Source: an uncultured Planctomycetia bacterium (lineage in GTDB: Bacteria; Omnitrophota; Gorgyraeia; 2-02-FULL-51-18; JAGOUK01). Taken from it: a stretch of 64,000 nt of DNA. The stretch is taken from positions 12,089 through 76,088 of the forward strand of contig CAYSFB010000006.1 of the NCBI GenBank assembly GCA_964430735.1, in the 5' to 3' direction. Shown one piece after another: positions 20,678-29,961 of the stretch (position 1 is its first letter; every line of letters starts with the position of its first letter). Position numbers and translations under genes: made by a program. The notes under the pieces were generated by a model. That model was not told the DNA's origin. It saw nothing but the letters and a program-made list of their open reading frames with translations, and did no database searches.

Positions 20678-22720
20678 TTACTGGCGAAGTTCGGCGGCGT
20701 AATCGGTCTTGAGGGCGGTGACGACGGCCGCCTGGAGCGCGGTGATCTCGTCATCCGTGAACGTGCCGTCCTGCTTCTGATACTGGAGGGAAAAGGCCAG
20801 GCTGCGCTTATCCTTGGGGATGTTCTTCCCCTGATAAAGGTCGAAGAGCTCGACGTGTTTCAGGCTCGCGCCGGCCGCTTCGTGCATCTTCCGCGTGAGG
20901 TCGGCCACCGGGACCGCCTTGTCGACCAGGACCGCGATGTCGCGGCGCACCGACGGAAACTTGGGGAGCTCAACGAAACGGCGCTCGACCTTGGGCAGCT
21001 TGAGAAAATCCTCGAGCAAAATCTCCGCCGCATAGACCGGCTGGGCGATGTCCCAGTCCTTGAGCACGTCCTCGGCAATCGCGCCCGCATGCGCCATCCG
21101 GAAACCCGTCGGGGCGTCCATCATGATGGTCTGGTCGAACATGTCGGGCCACACATCGGCGTTTTTCCATTCCGGCATGACGCGGCCTGAGGCCTTGAAG
21201 ATGTTTTCGATCAGGCCTTTGAGATAAAAAATTCCCGCCTCCTGCTTCCCCGACCAGCTCTTGAACCATTCACCCGTCACGGCGAGGGTTAGCACCTCTT
21301 CTTCGCGCGCCTGGTAGAACCGGTGCGACACCTCGAAGAACGCCAGATCCTTTTCCTTGCGGTTCAAGTTGTGCCGGATCGCTCCCAGGAGGCCGATGAT
21401 ACCGGTGGGCCGCAGCACTTCCTGCTCCTGGCTTAAGGGGTTCTTGATCCGGAGCAGCGCCTTGTCCTTGGGGAAGCGCAGCTTCGCCAGATCCGCCGCC
21501 GCGACCATGTTGAACGTCACCGTCTCCCACAGTCCCTGCGACACCAGGTGCCGCTTCAGGTTCCGTATCTCGTGATACGGCGATTCGCGGCGTTCGGCCG
21601 ACGCGTAGCGCGTGGGCGGGATCGTCGTCGGGATCTTGTCGAACCCGTCCACGCGGACGATCTCTTCGACCAGGTCGCACTCCTGCCGGATATCGGTCCG
21701 GTGCGGCGCATACGCGACTTTGACGTACTTGGCAGAAATTTTGCGCACCGGCAAACCAAGCGAGGAGAGAATGCGCGCGGCTTCGAGCGTCGAATACGGC
21801 TTGCCGAGAACACGCTCGAGCGTCTTCTGGAACACCTTCGTCGACGGAAAAATCTTCGGTTTGAGCGAGCCCTCGGTGAGAAGCGCTGACGCGGAAAACG
21901 CCTTGGCGTGTTCGATGAGGAGCGCCGCGGCGCGGTCGGACGCCCAAGTCACCCAACCGGGTTCGATCGGGCGCTCGAACCGGTAACTCGAATCGGTGCC
22001 GAGCTTCAGGAAGCGCGACGTGCGGCGGACGAGAATGGGGTCGAAGCGCGCCGACTCGAGGACGATGCGCTGGGTCTCGGGCGTGATCTCCGTGGCCTTG
22101 CCGCCCATGACGCCGGCGATGGCGATGGGCTTCTTCGCGTCGGCGATCACCAGAATGCGCTCGTCGAGCGCGTACTCGACGTTGTTGATGCCGACCATTT
22201 TTTCTCCGCGCTTGGCGCGGCGGACGATGATCTGGCTTCCTTCGATCTTGTCGTAGTCAAACGCATGCAGCGGCTGGCCCGATTCGAACATGACGAAATT
22301 GGTGATGTCGACCGCGTTGTTCACGCCTTTCTGCCCCATCCACTCGAGGGGTTTGGCGATCGCGGCCGGCGCCGGGCCGACGCGCACGCCGTCCAGCACG
22401 CGGGCGGTGTAGCCCAGGCAGGCGCGGGCGTCCTGGATCTTGATCGTGAGCGCGAGCTTGTTCGAGGCGCGGAACGGGATGCGGGGGATGCGCGGCTTTT
22501 TGACCTTTTTCTGCGTGAGCGCGGCGAGCTCGGACGCGAGCCCGAGAACGGACAGGCAGTCGGGACGGTTGGTCGTGATCTCCGCGTGCAGCACGTCCGA
22601 ACCTTCGACGTGCTCAACGCCTTCGATCATCGTGCCGGTCATCGTGTACAGCTCCGCCAGCTTCTCGGCCTTGAGCGCCACGTCGACGTAATCCTTGAGC
22701 CACTTCACGGGCAGCTTCAT
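20678..22720 (-). CDS. pheT: phenylalanine--tRNA ligase beta subunit (short form, 680 aa)
   Basis: B3/B4, B5 and B6/7 modules are recognisable. The N-terminal region passes directly from VEHVEG to ...ITTNRPDCLSVLG, i.e. it lacks the roughly 100-aa EMAP/tRNA-binding domain present in E. coli PheT. Confidence 0.9.
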   Translation of the reverse strand: MKLPVKWLKDYVDVALKAEKLAELYTMTGTMIEGVEHVEGSDVLHAEITTNRPDCLSVLGLASELAALTQKKVKKPRIPRIPFRASNKLALTIKIQDARACLGYTARVLDGVRVGPAPAAIAKPLEWMGQKGVNNAVDITNFVMFESGQPLHAFDYDKIEGSQIIVRRAKRGEKMVGINNVEYALDERILVIADAKKPIAIAGVMGGKATEITPETQRIVLESARFDPILVRRTSRFLKLGTDSSYRFERPIEPGWVTWASDRAAALLIEHAKAFSASALLTEGSLKPKIFPSTKVFQKTLERVLGKPYSTLEAARILSSLGLPVRKISAKYVKVAYAPHRTDIRQECDLVEEIVRVDGFDKIPTTIPPTRYASAERRESPYHEIRNLKRHLVSQGLWETVTFNMVAAADLAKLRFPKDKALLRIKNPLSQEQEVLRPTGIIGLLGAIRHNLNRKEKDLAFFEVSHRFYQAREEEVLTLAVTGEWFKSWSGKQEAGIFYLKGLIENIFKASGRVMPEWKNADVWPDMFDQTIMMDAPTGFRMAHAGAIAEDVLKDWDIAQPVYAAEILLEDFLKLPKVERRFVELPKFPSVRRDIAVLVDKAVPVADLTRKMHEAAGASLKHVELFDLYQGKNIPKDKRSLAFSLQYQKQDGTFTDDEITALQAAVVTALKTDYAAELRQ

Positions 22721-23748
22721 GCGGAGAACTGCCTCAGGAAACGCAGGTCGTTTTCGTAAAAAAGACGAATGTCGTTCACGCCCCAGCGGCGCATCGCGAT
22801 ACGCTCGACGCCGAAGCCAAAGGCGAACCCGGAATATTTTTCGGGACTGATCTTCACCGCGCGCAGGACGTTCGGATGCACCATGCCGGCGCCGAGGATC
22901 TCAAGCCAGCCCTTGTGTCCGCATGAGCGGCAGCCGGAACCCTTGCAGAGTCCGCACGAAACGTCGACTTCCGCGGAGGGTTCGGTGAACGGAAAAAAGT
23001 GCGGCCGGAACCGCAGCTTCACGTCGCTGCCGAAAAATTGTTTGGCGAATGCGAGCAGCACGCCCTTCAAGTCCGCGAAGCTCACGCGTTCGTCGACGTA
23101 AAGGCCTTCGATCTGATGGAACATGAAGGAATGGGTCGCGTCGGTCGCGTCGGGCCGGTACACGCGGCCGGGAGCGAGAACCTTCACCGGCGGCCGCTCT
23201 TTTTCCATGATGCGCGTCTGGACGGTCGACGTCTGGCTGCGCAGAAGCTTGCCGTTCTCGAGATAAAAAGTTGCGAGATCGTCGCGCGAGGAGTGGTCGG
23301 CCGGAATATTCAGCGCTTCGAAGTTGTAGTAATCGGTTTCCATCTCGGGGCCCGAAACGATCTCGAACCCGAGACGGTAAAAAATATCGCAGATCTCGTC
23401 GACGACCTGGGTGATGGGATGCAGTCCGCCCACAGCCGGAGCGGTTCCGGGAAGCGAAAGGTCTTCGCGCCGCGCGGCGGAAGCGGCCGCGCCGGCGCCG
23501 GCCTTGAGCTCGTTCGCACGTGCGTCGAAGAACCCTGCGATTTCGTTTTTGGCGCGGTTGGCTTCGCGGCCGGCCTCGGGCTTTTCGGCCGGGTCGATCT
23601 GGCCGAAGAGCGCGGTGAGCTCGGCGAGCGTGCCTTTGCGGCCCAGGAATTTGATGCGCAGCTGCTCCAGCTCCTCGAGCGAGCCTGCGGAAGCGGACTG
23701 GGCCTGGGCTTCGGCGATCTGTTGGCGGATTTTTTCGGCGAGTGTCAT
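22717..23748 (-). CDS. pheS: phenylalanine--tRNA ligase alpha subunit
   Basis: 343 aa. Class II motifs (FRPHFFPFTEPSAEVDV, GAGMVHPNV). Confidence 0.9.
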   Translation of the reverse strand: MTLAEKIRQQIAEAQAQSASAGSLEELEQLRIKFLGRKGTLAELTALFGQIDPAEKPEAGREANRAKNEIAGFFDARANELKAGAGAAASAARREDLSLPGTAPAVGGLHPITQVVDEICDIFYRLGFEIVSGPEMETDYYNFEALNIPADHSSRDDLATFYLENGKLLRSQTSTVQTRIMEKERPPVKVLAPGRVYRPDATDATHSFMFHQIEGLYVDERVSFADLKGVLLAFAKQFFGSDVKLRFRPHFFPFTEPSAEVDVSCGLCKGSGCRSCGHKGWLEILGAGMVHPNVLRAVKISPEKYSGFAFGFGVERIAMRRWGVNDIRLFYENDLRFLRQFSA

Positions 23749-23812
23749 TTAAAAAGGAAGCCGCCGGAGGTTTGAAGACCGTCCGGCGGCTTGCTTAAGC
23801 GTAGACTTCGGC

Positions 23813-24163
23813 TTAATTGGCCTTGGCGATCTTGACCAGCTCGGAGAACGCGGCCGGGTCGATCTGAGCGATCTCAGAGAGCGACTTGCGGTCGAGTAGA
23901 ACCTGAGCCGTGAGAAGCCGGTGCATCAGCTGGCTGTACGTGATGCCGTTCTCTTCCGCAGCGGCCGTGATGCGCGAAATCCAGAGGGTCCGGAAATTCC
24001 GCTTCTTCAGCCGGCGGTGAACCGCCGAGTACTGCCAGGCGCGATGAACGGTCTCGCGGGCCTGACGATAAAGCTTGCGGCGGCCGCCGACGAAGCCCTT
24101 GGCCGCTTTAAGATATTTCTTGTGCCGCTTCTTCGTGGCGGTCACGTTTCTGACTCTAGCCAT
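23813..24163 (-). CDS. rplT: 50S ribosomal protein L20
   Basis: 116 aa, MARVRNVTATKKRHKKYLK... Confidence 0.95.
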   Translation of the reverse strand: MARVRNVTATKKRHKKYLKAAKGFVGGRRKLYRQARETVHRAWQYSAVHRRLKKRNFRTLWISRITAAAEENGITYSQLMHRLLTAQVLLDRKSLSEIAQIDPAAFSELVKIAKAN

Positions 24164-24347
24164 TTGGGAGCATCCTCCTGATTCGCTTGTCGTCCGCAGG
24201 AGAGATCGTTCCCTGTCTGCGCATCTGACGTTTCCGTTTACGCGTCTTCGAGGCGTTCAGGTGGCCCTTGCCGCTCCGTCCGCGCTTCAAACTTCCCGAC
24301 TTCCTGAGCCGGATCCGGCGTGCGACGCCTTTTCTTGTCTTGAGCAT
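24156..24347 (-). CDS. rpmI: 50S ribosomal protein L35
   Basis: 63 aa, Lys/Arg-rich (MLKTRKGVARRIRLRKSGSLKRGRSGKGH...). Confidence 0.9.
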   Translation of the reverse strand: MLKTRKGVARRIRLRKSGSLKRGRSGKGHLNASKTRKRKRQMRRQGTISPADDKRIRRMLPNG

Positions 24348-24366
24348 AACTACTACTGGCTCCTCG

Positions 24367-24906
24367 TTAATGTTTCGGCTGAAGGATCATGATGAGCTGG
24401 TTTCGGTCCTTCAAAGGAGCCGACTCAACCGATCCGATGGGCGAAACTTCCTCGGCCAACTTCATCAGCAGCTGTCTGCCGTTTTCGGTGTTGGCCTTTT
24501 CCCGTCCGCGGTAGACCATGGTGACTTTCACCTTGTCGCCGCGCTTCAAGAAATTCTCAATATGCTTTTTTTTGAATCCGTAATCGTGGTCGTCAATGTT
24601 CGGGTGGAACTTGATTTCCTTGATCTGGATCGTCTTCTGCTTTTTCCGCGCTTCTTTGTCCTTTTTCTCCTGCTCGTACTTGAACTTCGAGAAGTCCATG
24701 ATGCGGCAGACAGGAGGCTGGGCCGTCGGCGCGATCTCGACCAGGTCGAGCTCCGCTTTGGTGGCGAACACCATCGCTTCCTGCGGAGTCATGATCCCGA
24801 GCTGAGCGCCGTTTTCGTCGATCAGCCGGATCTTGAGGGCGCGGATGAACTGGTTGATTCGAATACGCGGTTTGGCGGATGAGGCCGGCGCTGAAGAGCC
24901 GCCCAT
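24367..24906 (-). CDS. infC: translation initiation factor IF-3
   Basis: About 179 aa from the internal ATG (MGGSSAPASSAKPRIRINQFIRALKIRLIDENGAQLG...), which aligns with the IF3 N-terminus. An AUU start near ...PRIRI... cannot be excluded. The track ORF extends to 24981. Confidence 0.85.
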   Translation of the reverse strand: MGGSSAPASSAKPRIRINQFIRALKIRLIDENGAQLGIMTPQEAMVFATKAELDLVEIAPTAQPPVCRIMDFSKFKYEQEKKDKEARKKQKTIQIKEIKFHPNIDDHDYGFKKKHIENFLKRGDKVKVTMVYRGREKANTENGRQLLMKLAEEVSPIGSVESAPLKDRNQLIMILQPKH

Positions 24907-25033
24907 CGGAGGCCGTCCGAATGATGAACCCGGTGTCGAAGGACGCGGACCTGAATTAAAGGAACCTGGAACCGGGCTCAATTCTTAACGCGTTGAATCT
25001 GCAAGTTTTCCTACGCCCTCCGTTAGTTGTTTC

Positions 25034-26785
25034 TTAAAAACTGCAATCCCGGTCCCGCACTTCGGAACCGAGCTTGCTCATAAAATCTGCGACGCTCATC
25101 GCGTTCTGATCGCGGGATCCGCGCCGGCGGACGGTGACCGTCCCGGCCTGGACTTCCTTGTCTCCCACGACGAGCGTGTACGGAATCTTTTCTTCATTGG
25201 CCTCGCGCACGCGCTTGCCGAGCGTATCGCCCGGCTCGAGGATCACGGGCCTGACGCCAACCGCTTCGAATTTCTTAACAAGCTCCAGCGCATAAGCCGA
25301 GTGCGCCTCGGTCACAGGCACCAAGGCCACCTGCACGGGCGCAACCCATAAAGGAAACGCCCCGGCATAATGCTCGACCAGGGTGCCCAGGAAGCGTTCG
25401 ACGCTTCCCAAAATCGCCCGGTGCAGCATGACGGGACGCTTTTTCTCGCCTCCGGAGGAAACGTATTCGAGTTCGAACTTCTCCGGGAGGGCAAAATCGC
25501 ACTGTATTGTACTACACTGCCACGCCCTTCCCAAAGCATCTTTAATCCGGAGGTCGATCTTGGGTCCGTAGAAGGCCCCGCCCTCCGGCGCGACCTCGTA
25601 CTTGAGGCCTTTCTTCTCGAGGGCCCCTTTGAGGGCCGCAGTGGCCTTGGCCCAGATTTCGTCGGTCCCGATCGACTCCTTAGGGCGGGTTGACAGTTCG
25701 ATCTCATAATCCTTAAACCCAAATGCCCCAAGGACATAGAACACAAAATCGATGACGTTTGCGATCTCATCTTCGAGCTGTTCGGGCAGGCAAAAAATGT
25801 GGGCGTCGTCTTGGGTAAAGTTCCGGACGCGGAGTAAGCCGTGCAAAGCGCCGGATTTTTCGTTCCGGCATACGTTACCCAACTCGAAGAACCGGAGCGG
25901 AAATTGCCGGAAGCTGCGGGTCTGGGTCTTGTAAATGAGCATGTGGCCGGGGCAATTCATCGGCTTGATGCCGTATTCCTTGCCGTCCTCGGCCTCATGA
26001 ATGAACATGTTCTCTTTATAGTAGGAGTAATGCCCGGAGGTCTTCCACACATCGCTCTTCAGGATCTGCGGACCGCCGACAAAAAGGTATCCGCGCTTCA
26101 AATGCTCTTCGCGGCAGAATTGCTCAACCAGGTAACGGAGTTTCGCGCCTTTGGGGTGATAAAAAACAAGTCCAGGACCGGCTTCTTCCTGGATCGAAAA
26201 AAGATCGAGCTCGCGGCCGAGCTTGCGGTGATCGCGCTTCTTGGCCTCTTCGCGCGCCTTTAGATAATCGTCGAGATCCTTCTGGGAAAAAAACGCCGTT
26301 CCGTACACGCGCTGCATCATGGGGTTCGTCTCGATGCCGCGCCAGTACGCGCCGGACACGTTGAGGAGCTTCAGCGCCTTGATCTCGCCGGTCGAGTGCA
26401 CGTGGGGATTTTTGCAGAGGTCGGTGAAATCTCCGTCGACGACGAGCGTCACCTTCTCGTCGGCCGGGAGCCGGTCGATGATGTCGAGTTTGTACGGCTC
26501 ATTCGCTTTTTTAAAAAAGTCGATCGCTTCCGGCCGCGGCACTTCCTTCTTCACATAAGGATAATTCGCCTTGGTGATCTCGAGCATCTTCTTCTCGATC
26601 TTCTCCAGATCCTCATCGGTCAGACGGTGCGAAAGATCGATATCATAAAAAAATCCGTAATCCACGGGAGGTCCCACGCCGAGCTTCGCCTCCGGCCAAA
26701 AGCTCTTCACCGCCTGCGCCAACACATGCGCACAGCTGTGCCTTAACTTATCAAGATCTGTATATTGCTCTGCTTCCTTAACCAT
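25034..26785 (-). CDS. thrS: threonine--tRNA ligase (lacking the N-terminal TGS/N1 domain)
   Basis: About 583 aa from MVKEAEQYTD.... Begins with the N2 editing-domain HxxxH motif (LRHSCAHVLAQAV). Class II core follows. The track ORF extends upstream through a tandem repeat. Confidence 0.9.
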   Translation of the reverse strand: MVKEAEQYTDLDKLRHSCAHVLAQAVKSFWPEAKLGVGPPVDYGFFYDIDLSHRLTDEDLEKIEKKMLEITKANYPYVKKEVPRPEAIDFFKKANEPYKLDIIDRLPADEKVTLVVDGDFTDLCKNPHVHSTGEIKALKLLNVSGAYWRGIETNPMMQRVYGTAFFSQKDLDDYLKAREEAKKRDHRKLGRELDLFSIQEEAGPGLVFYHPKGAKLRYLVEQFCREEHLKRGYLFVGGPQILKSDVWKTSGHYSYYKENMFIHEAEDGKEYGIKPMNCPGHMLIYKTQTRSFRQFPLRFFELGNVCRNEKSGALHGLLRVRNFTQDDAHIFCLPEQLEDEIANVIDFVFYVLGAFGFKDYEIELSTRPKESIGTDEIWAKATAALKGALEKKGLKYEVAPEGGAFYGPKIDLRIKDALGRAWQCSTIQCDFALPEKFELEYVSSGGEKKRPVMLHRAILGSVERFLGTLVEHYAGAFPLWVAPVQVALVPVTEAHSAYALELVKKFEAVGVRPVILEPGDTLGKRVREANEEKIPYTLVVGDKEVQAGTVTVRRRGSRDQNAMSVADFMSKLGSEVRDRDCSF

Positions 26786-26797
26786 AAAATCTTTCCT

Positions 26798-26850
26798 AAT
26801 CAACCGATCCTGAATCAACCGTCCTGAATCAACCGATCCTGAATCAACCG
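26798..26850. repeat. tandem direct repeat, about 3.6 copies of a 15-nt unit (aatcaaccgatcctg; second copy 14 nt), immediately upstream of the thrS start on the transcribed strand
   Basis: Read directly: aatcaaccgatcctg / aatcaaccgtcctg / aatcaaccgatcctg / aatcaaccg.... On the thrS mRNA it reads CAGGAUCGGUUGAUU repeated, ending about 12 nt before the AUG. Confidence 0.7.
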
Positions 26851-26993
26851 AGCGCTGCGCAGCAGCGTAAATTAACCCCAAACACTTCTTCCGCTCAAAA
26901 GGCGTCAGATGCGAGGCGCGGCGGCGCGAAGCATACCATTCAGTATGCGAGTGCCGCCGCAACGAAGCAGATGACGTCTTTTCAGCGGAAGAA

Positions 26994-27070
<77 letters not shown>

Positions 27071-27113
27071 GAAAAATTGAGAAAAATCCGACTCACGACC
27101 ACGACAAACTCAT

Positions 27114-27197
27114 GCCGGGAGCGGGACTCGAACCCGCAAGAGCCGAAGCCCGTCAGATTTTAAGTCTGAAGCGTATACCAATTCCGCCATCCCGGCA
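27114..27197 (-). tRNA. tRNA-Leu (anticodon TAA), long variable arm, no CCA encoded
   Basis: GCCGGGAUGGCGGAAUUGGUAUACGCUUCAGACUUAAAAUCUGACGGGCUUCGGCUCUUGCGGGUUCGAGUCCCGCUCCCGGCA. Confidence 0.9.
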
Positions 27198-27201
27198 ATT
27201 T

Positions 27202-27275
27202 GGAGGCGACGGCCGGAATTGAACCGGCGTAAACGGTTTTGCAGACCGCTGCCTAACCACTTGGCTACGTCGCCG
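27202..27275 (-). tRNA. tRNA-Cys (anticodon GCA), CCA encoded
   Basis: GGCGACGUAGCCAAGUGGUUAGGCAGCGGUCUGCAAAACCGUUUACGCCGGUUCAAUUCCGGCCGUCGCCUCCA. Confidence 0.9.
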
Positions 27276-27313
27276 TAAAGGCAAAATAGGGCATCGTAAA
27301 GACGGACAATGTA

Positions 27314-27982
27314 TCAGATGGCCCGTTGACGGTCAATCAGGGCTTCAGTCCGCCGAACGATGCTTCGGGCGAGCCTGGCTTTGGAGACGCCGCTCAAGGC
27401 CTCGCGCCCACCCTGTCGGTCCAACAAAAGAGTGTCCAACCGCACCGCACCGAAGGGGTTCTTTTTTCCCCCAACCGATTGGGCGGCAATAAGATCCAAG
27501 TTTTTTCTCTGCAACTTTTGGGCCGCTTGCTTTTCGAGACCGGAACTTTCGACGGCAAATCCGACGAGGACTTGGCCGGGTTTTTTGCGGCGGCCGAGGT
27601 CGGCCAGGATATCGGGATTCGGGATGAGGCGGACCGTGAGTGCGGCTTTGCCGCGTTTGATTTTGGCGGCGACCGGCGCGGCGGGACGGAAGTCGGCCAC
27701 GGCCGCGGTCATGCACACGGCGTCGGACTGCTTGAATTCTTTGAGCGCGATCCGATGAAGCTCGCGGGCCGTCTCGAACCGGATCACCTGGATCTTCGTC
27801 CCTATATTAAGGGGAAGATCGACGGGTCCGGCCGCCAGCGTCACGGCATGGCCGCGCTGCGCAAACGCGCGGGCCAATTCGATTCCGAGCCTTCCGGTCG
27901 AACGGTTCGAAATGAACCGGACCGGATCCAGCGGTTCCCGCGTCGGGCCGCAGGTCACGAACACTCGGAGCCGGAACTTCAT
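27314..27982 (-). CDS. coaB: phosphopantothenate--cysteine ligase (CoaB), encoded as a separate gene
   Basis: About 222 aa from the internal ATG (MKFRLRVFVTCGPTREPLDPVRFISNRSTGRLG...). Its ATG overlaps the coaC stop as ATGA. The upstream part of the track ORF is Arg-rich with no recognisable similarity. Confidence 0.8.
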   Translation of the reverse strand: MKFRLRVFVTCGPTREPLDPVRFISNRSTGRLGIELARAFAQRGHAVTLAAGPVDLPLNIGTKIQVIRFETARELHRIALKEFKQSDAVCMTAAVADFRPAAPVAAKIKRGKAALTVRLIPNPDILADLGRRKKPGQVLVGFAVESSGLEKQAAQKLQRKNLDLIAAQSVGGKKNPFGAVRLDTLLLDRQGGREALSGVSKARLARSIVRRTEALIDRQRAI

Positions 27983-28545
27983 CGCGCGGGACGCTCGGAC
28001 AGGGCCTTGAGGATTTCCTGGAGGATGACGGCGTTGGACTGGATATGCCCCATCGCATGATCGGAGCAGACGAGCTTGCCTTCGATCGGCTCGATGAAGC
28101 GGACGCCGCGGGATTTGAGAACCTGGATGTTTTCTTGCGTCGCGGGATGCGCGAGCATCCGGTCGTTCATCGCGGGGACCGCGATCACGGGCGACAACGC
28201 CGCAAGCAGCGTGCACGCCAGAAGGTCGTCGGTCATGCCGGCGCGCATCCGGGCGAGAATGTCCGCGGAAGCGGGACACACGACGATGAGGTCGGCCGCC
28301 TTCGCGAGCTCGATGTGAACGGGCTTCAAATTTCCGTCGACGCGCATGAGGTCGGTCTTCGCTTCCTCGCCGGCCAGCGACTGGATCGTGAGCGGTGTCA
28401 CGAAGTGGTGCGCGTCGCGCGACAGGACCGGGAGTACGCGCACGCCGGCTTCCTTCAGATCAAGAATGAGATCGCACGCGCGGTACGCGGCGATGGATCC
28501 GGTGATCCCGAGAACGACGGTGTGTTTGTAATTTTTGGTCGTCAT
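27979..28545 (-). CDS. coaC: phosphopantothenoylcysteine decarboxylase flavoprotein (CoaC)
   Basis: 188 aa. Flavoprotein fold (VVLGITGSIAAYRACDLI...PAMNDRMLAHPATQENI). Confidence 0.85.
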   Translation of the reverse strand: MTTKNYKHTVVLGITGSIAAYRACDLILDLKEAGVRVLPVLSRDAHHFVTPLTIQSLAGEEAKTDLMRVDGNLKPVHIELAKAADLIVVCPASADILARMRAGMTDDLLACTLLAALSPVIAVPAMNDRMLAHPATQENIQVLKSRGVRFIEPIEGKLVCSDHAMGHIQSNAVILQEILKALSERPAR

Positions 28546-29138
28546 TTGGATTTTTTGGATTTTACTTTGAGGCGTTCGGCGATGATGATCGCCCGGAGCT
28601 CGTCGACGGCTTTGGCGAGATCCAGGTTCAAAACGACGTAATCGTATTTGGACGCTTCGCGCATTTCGCGTTTGGCGATTTTGAGGCGGCGCTGGATTTC
28701 TTCCGGCGCGTCTGTGGAACGATTGAGAAGGCGGCGGCGTAATTCTTCCATGGAAGGCGGCATCACGAATACACGGATCGCGTCTTTGAGGTTGCGCTTG
28801 ACCTGGTCGGCGCCCTGAACGTCGATGAGCAAAAGCACGTCCTTCCCCTGACGGCGGCGGCTTTCCACGAACGCCCGAGGAGTTCCGTAGGACTGTCCAA
28901 AAACGGTCGCGTGTTCCAAAAATCCTTTTTCGTGCTTCACGCGCTCGAACGTGTTCGCGTCGATAAAAAAGTAGTCGCGGCCGTCGCGCTCACCGTCGCG
29001 CGGAGGGCGCGTCGTCATGGATACGGAGCGCTCGACATCCGGCATCGCGTTCAGGATCTGCCCGGCGAGCGTGGTCTTGCCGCCGCCCGAAGGTGCGGAG
29101 ATCACGAAGACGTTCCCGATACGTTTGGCCATGCTCAC
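28542..29138 (-). CDS. gmk: guanylate kinase
   Basis: 198 aa. P-loop SAPSGGGKTT. The TRPPR motif region reads MTTRPPRDGERDGRDYFF. Confidence 0.9.
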   Translation of the reverse strand: MSMAKRIGNVFVISAPSGGGKTTLAGQILNAMPDVERSVSMTTRPPRDGERDGRDYFFIDANTFERVKHEKGFLEHATVFGQSYGTPRAFVESRRRQGKDVLLLIDVQGADQVKRNLKDAIRVFVMPPSMEELRRRLLNRSTDAPEEIQRRLKIAKREMREASKYDYVVLNLDLAKAVDELRAIIIAERLKVKSKKSK

Positions 29139-29944
29139 TCCAGGTTCTGCGCTTGTTCGCGGATTTTTTCGATCTCAGTCTTCATCTCGATCACGTCCGA
29201 CGCGATTGACGCGTCGTTGCACTTGGATCCGGTGGTGTTGGCTTCGCGCACCATTTCCTGCGCGATGAAGTCGATCTTACGCCCGACTTCTCCGCCGGTT
29301 TTCAGCGTTCCGCGGAACGCGCCGATGTGGCTGTTCAGCCGCACGAGCTCTTCGGTGACATCCAGACTTTTGGCCGCGGCGTCGGCGGACTTCGCGCGCA
29401 GCGCCGATCGGCGGCGGATGCGCACCGACGCTTTTTCGATGATACCGAGCCGCATCGAGAGGTCGCGCGTGAGCTTGCGTCCCTCGAGTTCGCGCGACGC
29501 GTTCAGGCGGTCGAGCGCCTGCTTGAGCGCGCGCGAGAGGTCATTCCAGACCTTGTGCCGGTCCGAGACTTTGGCCGTCGGCGTGATCACGTCCGGCATT
29601 CGGACGATGTCGCGCAGCGTGATTTTTTCGTGGAGGCCCAGCGCGCGGTTCAGCCGCACGAATACTTTGTGATACTCCCTGGCGAGGTTTTCGTCGACGG
29701 TGAGCTGTCCCCTGCGGACCAGCTGGTCGGGCGCGGTGATCGTCAGATGCACCTTGCCGCGTCCGATCGTTTTCTGAGTCACACGGCGGATGTCTTCTTC
29801 ATGCGACAAAAGGGCATGCGGTAGCCGCGCCGAAAATTCAAAATACCGGTGATTGGTGGATTTGATCTCGATCTGGACGGGACCCTGAGGAATCTCGAAC
29901 TCCGCCCTTCCGAATCCGGTCATGCTTCTGACGGAAGTCGCCAT
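29135..29944 (-). CDS. yicC: YicC-family stress-induced protein (endoribonuclease YicC/YloC)
   Basis: About 270 aa from MATSVRSMTGFGRAEFEIPQG... (YicC N-terminal SMTGFG motif). DUF1732-type C-terminus. The upstream part of the track ORF is not supported. Confidence 0.8.
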   Translation of the reverse strand: MATSVRSMTGFGRAEFEIPQGPVQIEIKSTNHRYFEFSARLPHALLSHEEDIRRVTQKTIGRGKVHLTITAPDQLVRRGQLTVDENLAREYHKVFVRLNRALGLHEKITLRDIVRMPDVITPTAKVSDRHKVWNDLSRALKQALDRLNASRELEGRKLTRDLSMRLGIIEKASVRIRRRSALRAKSADAAAKSLDVTEELVRLNSHIGAFRGTLKTGGEVGRKIDFIAQEMVREANTTGSKCNDASIASDVIEMKTEIEKIREQAQNLE

Positions 29945-29961
29945 CGCGGCGGATCTCCCCG

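Noticed and set aside
26798-26850. Possible CRISPR array suggested by short direct repeats.
   Set aside because: The units are contiguous 15-nt tandem copies with no spacers and no cas genes nearby, so this is a microsatellite-like repeat in the thrS leader, not CRISPR.
27314-28545. coaBC annotated as a frameshifted pseudogene.
   Set aside because: The junction is a clean ATGA stop/start overlap placed exactly at the domain boundary, as in lineages with naturally split coaB/coaC. A pseudogene is possible but not the most economical reading, so two CDS are reported and the alternative is flagged.
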